Source: Octopus vulgaris | Lineage: Eukaryota | NCBI GenBank assembly: GCA_951406725.2 | Contig: OX597814.1 | Location: 219,914,001-219,978,000, forward strand | Length of the DNA: 64,000 nucleotides | Reading direction: 5' to 3' | Shown: one piece after another, positions 1 through 17,865 of the stretch | Position numbering within the stretch: position 1 is the first letter of the stretch | Layout of the letters: each line of letters begins with the position of its first letter | The notes under the pieces: model-generated | What the model saw: the letters and a program-made list of their open reading frames with translations, nothing else | What the model was told of the DNA's origin: nothing | Database searches by the model: none | Translations under genes and position numbers: made by a program

Positions 1-397
1 TTGAATTTTTAATCAAGTTGTGTGAAGAAATTTTCGGATACAGTCATGTAAAATTTCTGAAAATCCGAGTAAGAGGCAAAGTGACTGCCATATCATGTAG
101 AGGAAGGTCTGAGTAAAAGCAAAGTGACTGTCATATCGTGTAGAGGAACAGATTGTTATTGAAATTTACAAGAATCGCAGATAAGTTCGATTCTTGGAGA
201 TCCGATGAAAAGTTTTGAACTTACAGAATAAGTGCATGTCCTTATAGTTCATAATCCATTTTTGAGAAGATATTTAGGGTACAATCATGCGAAAAATATC
301 AGGGAATCCGAATGAGAAGCAAAATGACAGTCTTATATTGTAGCGGTTCAGGTTGTTAATGAATTTTACAAGAATCACAGAGAGAGGAGGAAGGAAG

Positions 398-774
398 TAA
401 AAATTTAATCAGTTACTGCTATTTAAGCTGTCAAAGAGAAAGGAAAGGGGAAGCTAAGGGGATGGACACAAGTTGATACTAACAGAAAATCTAAGCTTGT
501 TTAGTGCAAAATTCGAACTGAGGTCAACAATTTCTTTCTTTATTTATAAATGTTACTATTAATAGAATGTCAGGTTACAATGAGGTCATTAAAAAGGAAA
601 GAAAAGAAAAATGGGGTTGTTTTTAAATGAAATCAAACAATTTGTTGACCTCAGTTCGAATTTTGCACTAAACAAGCTTAGATTTTCTGTTAGTATCAAC
701 TTGTGTCCATCCCCTTAGCTTCCCCTTTCCTTTCTCTTTGACAGCTTAAATAGCAGTAACTGATTAAATTTTTA
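398..774. repeat. Inverted repeat, 133-bp arms (398-530 / 642-774)
   Basis: Arms are reverse complements (taaaaatttaatcagttactgc...gaggtcaacaa); the right arm runs on to (TA)n at 918. Confidence 0.9.
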
Positions 775-916
775 ATCCATTCTTGTTGCTTTTTTCCTAT
801 TTGTAATCACCCCACTTGTCGTATGGTTAACACCATATAGATTTCCGGTGCATCCTAGTTAAGGACCATAATCATGTGAATTCTTTAGAATTCACTTGAA
901 TCTCAATTACCTAACC

Positions 917-2372
<1,456 letters not shown>

Positions 2373-2377
2373 ATATG

Positions 2378-2414
<37 letters not shown>

Positions 2415-2479
2415 TTATATATATATATATATGTATGTATGTATATATATATGTATATATATATATATGTATATATATA

Positions 2480-3812
<1,333 letters not shown>

Positions 3813-3830
3813 GTATATAATATATATACA

Positions 3831-4657
<827 letters not shown>

Positions 4658-4670
4658 GTATATATATATG

Positions 4671-4756
<86 letters not shown>

Positions 4757-4793
4757 ATATTTGTTTTATATAAATATATATTATATATATATA

Positions 4794-4828
<35 letters not shown>

Positions 4829-4869
4829 AGAAAAAAGGTTTGAAAATGCAATTTAAACGATGTTTATTT

Positions 4870-4910
4870 ACTTAACCGGTTTCACTCTTTGGTAAAAGAT
4901 TGTCAAAAGT
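4870..4910 (-). ncRNA. Minimal type I hammerhead with U3-A8 covariation
   Basis: ACUU-UUGACAA-[UCUUUUACCAAAGAGU]-GAAA-CCGG-UU-AAGU; palindromic ACCGGU stem III. Confidence 0.65.
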
Positions 4911-5495
4911 TACATTTAAGGAAACATTGAATAATATGGGTTCAAAAAAGTTTTTTACATAATTGTCACATTGAATATTATGCATTCAAAAAAGTTTTTT
5001 ACATAATTGTCACATTGGATATTATGAATTCAAAAATGTTTTTTTGTACATAATTGTCACATTACATGTATAAATATAGTGTTTGGTAACAGAGAAGTTC
5101 AATAGTGTGATGAGAATATTTGGGAAAATTTGGCAGAAAAGGATAAAACAAATATATTATTGGGAATTGGTTGCGTTAATTATTGGTTGTCGCAAATTGT
5201 CACATTACATGTATATATATACAATCTTTGGTATATATATACGGCCTTTTGACAGCAAAAATTAAAATGGATTTTTTATACATCTCAGAATATTTTAAGT
5301 TCAAGGCGAGAATATGTTTTTACTGACCTGTCGGTATTAGCAGAAAGGCTGAACTGAGAGAAAAGGAGAAGTAGCCAATGTGGTGTATACTTCCCCTTTA
5401 TGCATGAATGATTTTGGGGTTATCAGGAGGTTAGTATGCGGGTGTGAATAGATGTGTCGTGCCTGCTGGTCAGATAGCATCTGTTTGTCACACAC

Positions 5496-5561
<66 letters not shown>

Positions 5562-6242
5562 CACACACACACACACATAGTATACAAACACACACCACAT
5601 ACAAACAACACACACACACACACAGAACACACACACCCACACACAACGCACCCACATATATCACATATACACACAGCACACAAATATAACATGTATCTAT
5701 ATATAACATACACAGATATATAACACACACACACAACACACACACACACACACACACACAACACACGCACACATACATACATAATATAAATATCACACAA
5801 ATACACCTAGCATATATATACACATACAATACACACATACAGCATGTAAATAATACACATACACAATATATGCATGCAATATACATACGCAATACATACA
5901 TATAATATATATATATATAGACAATGCATATACATATATACATATATACATATATACATATAAATAGTGTTTACATACACATACATAGATGTACCACATA
6001 TACACACAATACACATACATACAATGCATACACATACACGTACGCATACATATAATATATATATATACACACACACACATAACACACATACACAATGCAT
6101 ACATATATATATATAAAAATTCACCCCCCTACACACAAATTACAAACCTATAGCGTACACACTCAAATATATCTCTACATGCCGCACACACACACAAACA
6201 AAGTACTAACATATACACACATACCATGCATATACACACACA

Positions 6243-6306
<64 letters not shown>

Positions 6307-6441
6307 AATACACATGTAAATACATACACACGTACACAATGCTCACACACACACACACACACACACACACCCCCGCACGCAGTGCACACACACACACACA
6401 CGCGCGCGCACACACACATATACACACACACGCACACAGTG

Positions 6442-6473
<32 letters not shown>

Positions 6474-6703
6474 CACCCGCGCACACACACACACACACAC
6501 ATACACACACACACACAACACTCACACACATACATCACCTACATATATATAATGCATGCGTGTGCATGCCACGTATGTGTGCGGTCAATACCCGCTAGTG
6601 TGTCCTATGCGTGCCGATGCGCGCATGTGCCCGCCCGCACGATATGCTGTGAGCGTGCGCGCGTCCCTGTGTGCTTGCTCTGGATGTGTTTCCAGGGGGT
6701 ATG

Positions 6704-7779
6704 TTAGAGTATGTTTAGTTGTGGTCTGTATTTTTGAATAAGATTACTTTTCCTTATTTATTCGTGTTTGGTCTGTGGTGTTGTCCGAGCATTGGTATAG
6801 TGGGAAGACTAAGAATTTGGGGGACTTATTGTGTGCACAAAGGTCTAAGTGTCCACTTAGTGGTATCTGTCTTGTGGAGGGGTCCCTCAGTTGTTGTCGG
6901 TGAACTGTCATTCTTTCTCTGAGGGTAAGGCTCGTTTGCCCTATGTAGTCTTCGTGGCATCCTTCACACCTTATGACGTAGAGTAAATTTTTTGATGCGC
7001 ACGTGAAATTATTTTTTATGATGAATGTGTGTCCCGAGTGGAACTTGTACGACGATCCCTCAATGAGGTGGATGCAGGTCTTGCAGTTGGGGCGACCACA
7101 TTTTTTGATGGTGGGCGGTGGGTTTGTGTTGTGTAATTTTGCGTTGGTGAGGAGGTTTTTTAGGGATTTAGGTTGTCTCTTACTTTTTATTATTTTATGA
7201 GCTGCCAGTATTTTTTTCAGGCGTGGGTCTTGATTTAGTTGTGGAATGTTGTTGTATATAATAGTGTAAGCTTCTGCATTCCTTGGGTTGTGTGTTGAGA
7301 GATAATGGAGGCTATTTACTGTACTGTGGATGTGTTTGGGTTTTCGAAGGTCTTGAATGTTGATTGATTTGGCCCGTTCTATTCCGTTGTCTACTAGTGA
7401 TGCCGGGTAATGTCTTTCGAGAAGAATTGCCCTTAGTTCCCGGAGTCTTCTATTTCGTGTTGTGTCATTTGAGACAATAGTGCAGATTCTTCTCGCTAGG
7501 TTGAAGGGGATATTTGTCTTTGTGTGTTTTGGGTGATTGGAGGTGAATAGAAGGTATTGTTTAGAGTCAGTGGGTTTGTAATGGATGTCAGTTTCAATGT
7601 TGACGCCTTTTTTAATGATTAGGATGTCAAGAAAAGGGAGTTGGTCCTGACTATATTCCATTGTGAATTGAATGTTGTTATTTACACTGTTGATAAGGTT
7701 TTTGAAGTCTATAAGTTGGTCGAGTGTGTGGGACCATAGGATGAGGCAATCATCTAAGTAGCGTTTCCAGTTCTCCAAC
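6704..7779 (-). pseudogene. Penelope-like RT C-terminal half + Cys-rich linker + GIY-YIG endonuclease (Neptune-like)
   Basis: [70 protein letters not shown]; 1-nt insertion near 6745 before YLIQKYRPQLN. Confidence 0.92.
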
Positions 7780-7788
7780 ATATATGTA

Positions 7789-7990
<202 letters not shown>

Positions 7991-7999
7991 TATATATAT

Positions 8000-8187
8000 T
8001 ATAATAAATTAGAGACAAAACCACTATTATGCAAATATGTATTGGCTTAAGTCTTTCTTTGTTTGATTTGCATAATAGTGGTTTTGTCTCTAATTTATTA
8101 TAATATAATATTTTATTATAAAATTGGATTCAATCTTAAATCTGATTTTTCCTTGTAAATTTGGATTTATTCCCTAATATTTATTAT

Positions 8188-8190
<3 letters not shown>
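8000..8190. repeat. Fold-back fragment of a repeat terminus; same family at 32978-33180
   Basis: ataaattagagacaaaaccactattatgcaaa and its reverse complement; homologous fold-back copy at 33 kb. Confidence 0.8.
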
Positions 8191-8280
<90 letters not shown>

Positions 8281-8364
8281 CTTAGAATAACTTAGAAAGG
8301 TTTTGGCCACTATTGGCCCAGGCCATGTCTAACTTAATAGCACCACCTGGTGAAGTCTTTCAGT

Positions 8365-10441
8365 TCAGGATTTGGGCACCAAGGCCCATTCGAGCAGAGA
8401 GTTATTGTTTGCGGAGACATATCCGGGTGTGGGTGGTTTGTCCGGTACTGTTTGAAGGAATTTGTCCAAAGACTTCTTGAATTTTGTGTGGTCAGTTTCT
8501 TTTTTGACGTGCCCTGGTGTAATGTTGAAGAGAGCAGGTCCAATTGAGGTGAAATAGTTGTGCCGTATTGTCGTTATGTGATGCGATTTAGATTTTTGTT
8601 GTGGACGGATGGCACGTGGTCCAAGCCTTGGATGCATTTTGAAGGTGATGCCAACATCATTCGGACAGTGCTGGTGGAATATTTTCCACATCATACAGAT
8701 AATGTAGCGTTCACGGCGTCGTTGGAGTGAATACAATTTCAGCTTCTCTAGTCTACCCCAGTAGTCAAGGTCTGACATGCCATCTATCTTTTTTGTGATT
8801 GACCTTTGGGGAGCTTCAATTCTCATAATATTTTGTTTTGTGTAGGGAGACCACAGTGGACAGCAGTATTCAAGGTGGGGTCGGGCAAAAGTGGAGAAGA
8901 GAAGGATAATAGCGTGGGAATCTCTCGACTGGAAGGTTCTGAGAATCCAGGAACACATTCTGCGAGCCATGTCAACTTTGCTGCTTATATGTGTAGCCCA
9001 GCTTATGTTGTTGTCCACTGTTACTCCCAGGTCTCTGATGTTGTTGGATGCCATGAGAATTTCTCCAGAAGGAAGAGAGTATGGGAGTTTCAGAGCGTCC
9101 TCCTTCCAAAGTGGATCAGTTCAAATTTGTCTTCATTTAGCAACATGTTATTCTTTTCCGCCCATTGGACAACAGCCAGTAGGTCTGACTGAAGGTTTAT
9201 TCGGTCATCCACGCCATTGATGACCTTCTGGAGCTTGGAGTCATCAGCGAAGGTTCTGATGTTACTGTGTTTGATGGTATCAGTAATATCATTTATGTAG
9301 ATGATGAAGAGAAGTGGGCCCAACACAGTACCTTGTGGGACACCACTGCTGACTTTGGCTGGGCTGGATTTGACTCCTTCGACTACATGTTGGGTTCTGT
9401 TAGACAGGAAGCACTTGATCCACTGCAGCAACTTTCCAGTGACACCAATATTGGACAGCTTTCTCAGAAGGATCTTATGATCAACCCTGTCAAAGGCCTT
9501 GCTGAAATCAAGGTAGATGACATCAGTGTTGGAACCTTCTCCCAAGGCTCTCAAAATGTCATCAAAATGATGCAGTAGCTGCGTCAGGCAATCTCTCCCA
9601 TTACGGAATCCATGCTGGTTGGGGTTCAGCATATTATGCCTCTCAAGGAAGTGAGTCATACGCGATCTCAGCACCCTCTCAAATACCTTGATGATATGAG
9701 AGGTGAGTGAGATTGGACGGTAATTCACGGCAAGCGATTTGTTTCCTTTTTTGAAAACTGGGACAACAGACTGGGATAGAAGGTCTTCTGGTATATATCC
9801 AGCATCCAGTGAGTTCCGCCACAGATTGGCTAGAGGGGGTGCAAGTTGGTTTTGACACATCTTCAAGACACAAGCAGGGAACCTATCGGGACCTACTGCT
9901 GAATTATGCTTCATTTCCTTTATTGCTGCTAAGACATCAGGAGCGCCAAATGTTATGTCCGATAAAGTGTATTGGGGAGTAACATCACTGATACAGCCCA
10001 GATCAGTCATATCAGGATTGCTGAAAACAGAGCAATATTGTTTCTGCAATATCTCTCCCATGGTTTTGGCATTGTCTTGAAGAGTACCATTTTCATCAAT
10101 CAGAGGGCCAACAGTAGAACCAGTGACTCTGTGTTTTTTTGCAAATGAAAAGAACACTTTGGGATTGAGTTTGATCTTCTCAATGGCCCAGGCCTCTTCA
10201 GCTCTTCGCTGACTATTGATAATAGACATCATGTTGTTTTGGAGTTTATGTTTTTTAATCTCTAGCGACGAGATGGCAGTCAGGTTGGTGTGTTGCTGTT
10301 GACAGTATTTCAGCATGTTGATCTTTTTGTTGATTCTTTTAATTTTCCTTATGAGAGATTTTCTATTTCTAGGGATTCGACACTTAGATTTGTTTGCAGA
10401 TCTTAATGGGGTGTGTCTTGCACATATGTTCGTGATGGTGT
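8365..10441 (-). pseudogene. LINE reverse transcriptase, frameshifted (ORFs 9090-10316, 8365-9054)
   Basis: NYRPISLTS, YLDFSKAFDRVDH, SGVPQGTVLGPLLF, FADD, RPHLEYCCPLWSP. Confidence 0.93.
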
Positions 10442-12601
10442 CTATAAGTGACTGCCAGGACTTTTAATGTTAGTGGGTGTGTATGTGTGCGTGAAGGACC
10501 AATCGACTTTTGCAAGATCATTATTGATCGCTTCCCAGTTTGCATTGTGGAAATCCATAGTGTCAAATGGATGAACAGGAGGGATGACATTTGTTTTGCA
10601 TTTTCGTCGGTGAAATCTCAGATCACAGAGAACCATGTCATGGTCGGAGAGTAGGGTTTTCTCCACTGTAATATTGTGGATAGTATCAGTGTGATTGCTG
10701 AAAATTAAGTCTAAGACGTTTTTGTGACATCTCGTTGGTTCGAGTACCAGTTGGGACAAGAAGAAGTCATCCATGAAGTCAAGAAGCGATTCCATTGCCT
10801 CCCTGTCAGGGGTTGAGAGAGAAGAACCTGGCGGCAGACTGTTTGTAGACCAGTCAACCCCGGGAAGGTTGAAGTCTCCCATCATTAAAATGTTGTCAGG
10901 TTGACACTGCTGAATGAAACACTTTATGCTGTTGAGGCATTCCTTGAAGCATGGTAGGGGCGTTTGGGGTGGTCTGTAGAGCCCAACTACTGTTAAGTTG
11001 TTGGTTTGACTGAATACAGCGACTGCTTCGCAGTATCCATTCGAAAATATGTTCATGGCTTCTGTTAAGAATGAATCATGGACATAAATGGCAGTCCCAC
11101 CCTTTCTTCTGCCAGCACGATCAGCACGAATGGTTTTGAAATTTTTAACTTTCACCTCGGCTTCCAAGTGGAGGTCACTAAGATGGGTTTCAGTGAGGAC
11201 GAAGAAAGGGATGTGGTTTGGATGGGCCTCGACCCAGTCCTCCAGGAATCTTATCTTCCATTTTTGTGTATTGGTGGAAGGGCTGATGCCTTGGGCATTA
11301 AGCAGAAATGTTGAGGCGAGAGTGGATGGTTTTAATTGTTTTGGTGATTTGTTTATTTGATTGCTTTTTAATGGCATGTGCAGTGGGGTATTTGTGGTGG
11401 ATGGTGGTGGGTGATAGCTCGGATGTTTTTTTCCAGTTCTTTTGCTAGATTCATCATAGCTAAAAAAAGAGGAAGAAGAGGTGGTTTCCTGTCTAGGGAA
11501 CCGCAGGTGACTGTGGCCGCGGCTATTTTTATGTGAGTGGTTATCTTTAAATGTCCGACGAGTCCCTGGGAGATGGGTAAAGGGGCAATCCCTGTGCAGA
11601 CACAATCTGTCTCGCTGGGAATAGCGGCAGATTTGGGGATTCCTTGTTTGAGATATTGGTGGTTGTGGTGGTGTTGTATTATGGTGGTTGCTGTTGTAGT
11701 TTGTGGGGATAGAGCGTTTTGTTCCAGGTAAATGGGTGAATTTGCAGTCTCTATCAGTGCACAGTCTATGGCGAAGAGAATATCTGCAAATGATGGGGTT
11801 TCGAGTGGGTGTGTAGGTGCGTGTGTGTGTGTGAGTTGTGAAAGGTGTAGATGATAGTTTGTTGAAGTTTTGGCGACCTTTGTGACCTGTAGGAGGTAAA
11901 TTCCTTGAGATAGCATTAGTAGTAGTAGTTGTAGTAGTAGTAGTAGGTAGAAGAGATGTTGACAGTGATAATGATTGAGGAGGTCGATTCCAAGACAAAG
12001 ATGTTTGTCGATACATAGTTGGAGTTGTACTAGTAGTAGTAAGCAGAGGAGATGGTGTTGACAATGATGATGATTGAGCTGCTGGGGCAGTGAAAGGAAG
12101 GGGTGGTGCTTCCTGCTGTGTGACCCTGATGACTGGGGGGGGGTCAATCGTTTCGTTTAGCAAATCGGCCATTGTAGATGAATCGAGGAGTGGTTCATCC
12201 TGTTGTTGTTGCCGCTGAGTTTGTTGTTGTTGTTGCCGCTGAGGTTGTTGCTGCTGAAGTTGTTGTTGTTGCTGTAGCTGTTGTTGTTGTTGTTGCCGCT
12301 GAGTTTGTTGTTGTTGAGGTTGTTGTTGTTGTTGTTGCGCCGGTGATGCGTTCGAAGAGAAAACACATCTAAGTTTATCGAAGTGTTTATTTATTAATTT
12401 AAAAGCAACTTCGATTTGTTTTAATTTATTTTGTATCTGCTGTTCAGATCGAGTTTGCAAATGGTGAACTGCTCGTTTAGCAATTTCGTTCAGATACGAA
12501 GCACCTATGCTCTCTGTTTCGGTAAGGCCATGCCATGTGTTGATAAGAACGTCGACTTCATTTTCAGACCAGTTTTTGTTGGATTTTTGGTGGCTAGCCA
12601 T
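10442..12601 (-). CDS. LINE ORF1 (Myb/SANT-like, polyQ, 2x CCCH) in frame with APE endonuclease
   Basis: WSENEVDVLINTW..RSEQQIQNK; CRYSLRHRLCTDRDCKFTH-type motif x2; LLNAQG, LTETHL, GLYRPP, MGDFNLP, LSDH. Confidence 0.85.
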   Translation of the reverse strand: MASHQKSNKNWSENEVDVLINTWHGLTETESIGASYLNEIAKRAVHHLQTRSEQQIQNKLKQIEVAFKLINKHFDKLRCVFSSNASPAQQQQQQPQQQQTQRQQQQQQLQQQQQLQQQQPQRQQQQQTQRQQQQDEPLLDSSTMADLLNETIDPPPVIRVTQQEAPPLPFTAPAAQSSSLSTPSPLLTTTSTTPTMYRQTSLSWNRPPQSLSLSTSLLPTTTTTTTTTNAISRNLPPTGHKGRQNFNKLSSTPFTTHTHTRTYTPTRNPIICRYSLRHRLCTDRDCKFTHLPGTKRSIPTNYNSNHHNTTPPQPPISQTRNPQICRYSQRDRLCLHRDCPFTHLPGTRRTFKDNHSHKNSRGHSHLRFPRQETTSSSSFFSYDESSKRTGKKHPSYHPPPSTTNTPLHMPLKSNQINKSPKQLKPSTLASTFLLNAQGISPSTNTQKWKIRFLEDWVEAHPNHIPFFVLTETHLSDLHLEAEVKVKNFKTIRADRAGRRKGGTAIYVHDSFLTEAMNIFSNGYCEAVAVFSQTNNLTVVGLYRPPQTPLPCFKECLNSIKCFIQQCQPDNILMMGDFNLPGVDWSTNSLPPGSSLSTPDREAMESLLDFMDDFFLSQLVLEPTRCHKNVLDLIFSNHTDTIHNITVEKTLLSDHDMVLCDLRFHRRKCKTNVIPPVHPFDTMDFHNANWEAINNDLAKVDWSFTHTYTPTNIKSPGSHL

Positions 12602-13022
12602 TCTGGTTGATATGTTTTATTAAATTTTATTTTGTTCGTTTGTTTTGTTGATTACTTTTAATTATTTTATTTTATTTATTTTTTTTTAAGGAGAAGTATG
12701 TAGAATTGATTGTACAGAATGTTTGCTGTAATACTGAGAAGTTTGTATTTGAATTATGAGCTTGTAGTTATTTTATCTTTCTTTTCTTTTCTTTCTTTTC
12801 CCTCTTTTTCTAATTTTTAATGTGTGGGTGATCCTTTAGTTTTCAGAAGGTGTTTGAAAATATTTGGTCGTTTGAAAATTATGAAAATAGTTTGTGGTTA
12901 AGGAAAAGTCTACTCACGAGTTGGGAAAAAGCGTGGTTTCAAATATACAGGAATATATGTGATGGTCAATTACGACGAATGTAGCTGTGAAGCTTGCTGC
13001 TGACCGGCGCAGAGAGGAGTAG

Positions 13023-13171
<149 letters not shown>

Positions 13172-13209
13172 ATTTGTTAAATTGTTATTATATATGTATA
13201 TATGTATGT

Positions 13210-13614
13210 TCTCTTTTACTTGTTTCTGTCATTTGACTGCGGCCATGCTGGAGCACCGCCTTTAATCGAGCAACTCGACCCCGGGACTTATTCTTTTGTA
13301 AGCCCAGTACTTATTCTATCGGTCTCTTTTGCCGAACCGCTAAGTAACGGGGACGTAAACACTCCAGCATCGGTTGTCAAGCAATGCTAGGGGGACAAAC
13401 ACAGACACACAAACATACACGCATACACACACATATATAAATACATATATACGACGGGCTTCTTTCAGTTTCCGTCTACCAAATCCACTCACAAGGCATT
13501 GGTCGGCCCGGGGCTATAGCAGAAGACACTTGCCCAAGGTGCCATGCAGTGGGACTGAACCCGGAACCATGTGGTTGGTTAGCAAGCTACTTACCACACA
13601 GCCACTCCTGCGCC

Positions 13615-13615
<1 letters not shown>
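13210..13615 (-). mobile_element. tRNA-derived CORE-type SINE (family A)
   Basis: A box TGGCTGTGTGGT, B box GGTTCAGTCCC, ccttgggcaagtgtctt core, 3' ggtgctccagcatggccgcag tail. Confidence 0.88.
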
Positions 13616-13689
<74 letters not shown>

Positions 13690-13694
<5 letters not shown>

Positions 13695-14175
13695 TCAATA
13701 TAGGGTGGCAAAAAAAAATTTTGTAGAATTTTTTTGCCACCAGCGGCCTAGTGGGAAAAAATTAAGTAGTCATAGACCATTTATAAGTTCAACGTCACAA
13801 TCAAGGAACGGCCATAATAGGCCATTCACCCACTAGAAATAACAGCCAAAGCTTCAACCGCAAAAATAACATTAATTCCGTAAACCAGGAGAAAATTAAA
13901 AAAACATTTACCCTGTAATTTCTTATACGATGCACCGTTTCATCTACTGTTTAATGGTAAACTAACCTGATTAAATTAAATCAAGCCAATCTTCCATAGG
14001 CCCTTAGATTCCTCAGTAAGAAATAGCCAGAACGGAACAGATATTTTCACGAGGCATTTCTGTCCCTGCCTCGGCAATATCTGACCTAAAATTTTCAAAT
14101 CATCGCACTCGCGCCAAATTTATTGGCAGCAAATAAATATAAGCCGCCGATTCCATTACGGAATCAACCAGAAAA

Positions 14176-14178
<3 letters not shown>
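13690..14178 (-). mobile_element. Hammerhead-bearing pLTR/retrozyme-like unit (family also at 18945-19301 and 55903-56325)
   Basis: Three homologous copies next to (TA)n. Confidence 0.75.
13919..14023 (-). ncRNA. Canonical type I hammerhead ribozyme, GUA cleavage site
   Basis: UUUCUUA-CUGAGGA-[AUCUA...UAGAU]-GAAA-CGGUGCAUCG-UA-UAAGAAA. Confidence 0.88.
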
Positions 14179-14217
<39 letters not shown>

Positions 14218-14300
14218 GGTCCCGGGTTGATTCGGGGTTAACCACAGTAAATAAGGTACTCAATACATAGCAGAGTAAAATTAATTTATTATATAGAAGG

Positions 14301-14351
14301 AGCTTCTACAGGACTAGAACTGTTTCATTCAAGAGAAATCTTCAGGAAGCT
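14301..14351 (-). ncRNA. Type I hammerhead ribozyme, GUA site
   Basis: AGCUUC-CUGAAGA-[UUUCUCUUGAAU]-GAAA-CAGUUCUAGUCCUG-UA-GAAGCU. Confidence 0.85.
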
Positions 14352-14975
14352 AGTTAACAAGAATTGTATTGGCATTTATACATTTAGGCAGGTTTAAAGG
14401 GGTGTTGGTGGGGGACTTTTTGGGGGTAGGCATAGCGCAAAATATCATACTTGGGGGAGTGGTCAAGGAGTCAGTGTTAAATTAGATAGAAGAATAAATA
14501 AAAAATAAAAAAAATTTAAAAAAATTAAAAAAAATATATAAAAAAATAAAAAAATATATATATATATAAAAAGGGGGAATAGAGTTTTAGGTAAATAAGG
14601 AGATTCTCACTTATACCTATGCACATATGTATACATATATACACACGCATACAAACATATATACATATACATACACACATACATACACACACATATATAT
14701 ATACATATATATACACTTACACATACATATACATATCTACACATACACATATATGTATACATACACACACTCACATGCATACACGTATACACACATGTAT
14801 ATATACACACACGACCACACATACATATACACACAGAAAAATATATATACACATACACACACATACTCACATACACGCATACACACACAAATCCACACAC
14901 ACACATGCACACACAGCACACTAGTCCCTATATACACATATATACACATACACACATATATACACACACATACAT

Positions 14976-15027
<52 letters not shown>

Positions 15028-15434
15028 GTGTACCTATGCATACCTACACATACACACATATATATATACATACAAATACAGACCCATTCCCTAATTTTAA
15101 TTTTATTATCTTCGTTTATTACTTTTGTTATCTTTGGCCGCTTGGTCACAAACATCTTGGCTATGACAGCCAGTCCATTTATCTGTCTACTGGAAAACAA
15201 GCACTCATTCACTCACGCACACTCTTTAGCACGTACACTCACTCATTCGTACACTCATACACATACACGCACGCACGCGTTATATTCATACATACATACA
15301 TCTACATACATTCACGTATATACACATACGTACGCGTACCTACAGATTCATGTCTACACTCTTAGAAGGCTAGTCTATACATATACACCAATAAATATAA
15401 ATACACACACATACACGTACACCTACATACAAAT

Positions 15435-15488
<54 letters not shown>

Positions 15489-16073
15489 TCACATATATAT
15501 ACACATATATACATACACATACATACATACACATATATACCCATATACACACATATACACATATATACACACATACACATACATACATATACACACATAC
15601 ACATACATACGTATACATACATACATACATCCATACATCCATACATACATACATTTATACACATACACACACCCACATACATACATATATATACGCGCAT
15701 ATATATATCTATATATATATATATATAACATATACATATATACATATATACATATATATTCATACACACACATACATATACATACATACATATACAAATA
15801 TACGCACACACATACATACATACTCATATACTCATACACGCACATACACATGTACATGCGTACCCATACACACACACACACACGCGCGCATCCATATATA
15901 CACATAAGTACACCCATGCGTAAAAGTATACATATATCTATGCTTACACATACACACACACACACGCCTCCTTATATTCATACTTACATGCATACTCAAA
16001 AAATAAATAATAAATATTAAGTATATGTACGTGCCGTTACCTATTATATAGACGGATACATACATATAAACTT

Positions 16074-16114
<41 letters not shown>

Positions 16115-16177
16115 CATATATACACATATATATACACATACACACATACATACATATATATATACACACACACACAT

Positions 16178-16220
<43 letters not shown>

Positions 16221-16755
16221 CTTACACATGTACATATAAATACACACATAGATAACTCTACGTACCTACATATACATAAACACACGAGCGTACGCGTATA
16301 TGTACATATACACATACACATACACACGCATATATATACATACATACATACACATACACAAATGTATACACACACACACACATACACATATATATACATA
16401 CACATATATATACACACATATATATATATATATACATATATACATATATACATATATATATATACACATACACATACACACACATATATACATGTGTGCA
16501 AACATACATACATTCTCATACAAGCACACACACTTACATTTACATATATACACACACTTACACACATATATACATACACATGTACATACATACATACATA
16601 CGTATATGCATACATACACACACACACACACACATACATACATATATATATACTATAATATATATACACCATACATACATACACAAACACATACCATACA
16701 TATATATACACACATATATATACACATGCACATACTTATATCTCTACATACTCGC

Positions 16756-16801
<46 letters not shown>

Positions 16802-17034
16802 CACACACATACATATACCTATATACATGCATATATACACATACATATATATACACATCTACAATTTGTATCTACACTCACATACCTGCACATACACATA
16901 ACTCTACATACCTACATATACATCGACATACTCGCGTACACTCATATATATACACATATATACATATACACACACACATACATATACATATACATATACA
17001 TATATATAAACATATACACACATAATACACATAT

Positions 17035-17070
<36 letters not shown>

Positions 17071-17084
17071 ATATATACATATAA

Positions 17085-17153
<69 letters not shown>

Positions 17154-17229
17154 CATACATACATACACATATACATACATGTACATATACACATACACAC
17201 ACATATATATACACACACATACATATATC

Positions 17230-17865
17230 AACAATTGAGGGTAAAGTTAATTAGTTATTAATCAATTTCACCAAGTATTCAGTTGTAAAAGGACCATTAT
17301 TTTTATGAGTAAACAATGTCTGAGGGAAAATATTCTCTAAGTAGTGGAAGAGGCTAAAAAACTTTATTGGCTGCTATTTCTAGAAAGTTCAGTATGTGGC
17401 AAAGTAATTTATTTTACTAAGCCCTAATTATATAATATTTTATACATACATACACATACATACACACATACATATACACATACATATGCATACACACATA
17501 TATACATATATACATACATACATCTATACATATATACACACACACACACACACACGCACATACATATATATATATATATATACACACATATATATATATA
17601 TTTTTTTTTTTTACATACATACACGCACACACACACATAATACATGCGTATAATCCTACTATACCCATACATTTCTATACATATATACGATACACATATA
17701 CAAGCGTGCACATACAATATGTGAAAGGTCTTAGGAGAAAAGGTAATCGGGGGGGTGCTAGGGGAACGGTGGGATTGGGGGGTTTTGTGGGTGGGGTGTC
17801 ATCAATCTGGTTGCCGGGTAGGTCTATAGTTCTTGTAGTTCGCATACTTCTTATGCATACAATTT
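17230..17865 (-). mobile_element. Probable 3' end of another Penelope-like element
   Basis: Short terminal frame NCMHKKYANYKNYRPTRQPD* resembles PLE ORF ends; then simple repeats and a terminus in TA-rich DNA. Confidence 0.35.

Larger units (their letters stand above)
4829..7779 (-). mobile_element. 5'-truncated Penelope-like element with long simple-repeat 3' region and terminal hammerhead
   Basis: RT + GIY-YIG ORF followed by (CA/TA)-rich DNA and a hammerhead at 4870-4910; both ends in (TA)n; 3' boundary inferred. Confidence 0.7.
8278..13022 (-). mobile_element. Full-length CR1-group LINE inserted in (TA)n
   Basis: 5'UTR, ORF1, APE endonuclease, RT, 3' tail (TTCTAAGTTA)2; (TA)n on both flanks. 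Confidence 0.92.

Noticed and set aside
1-380. Degenerate ~200-240-bp duplicated segments, possibly decayed retroelement coding DNA
   Set aside because: Too degraded to assign
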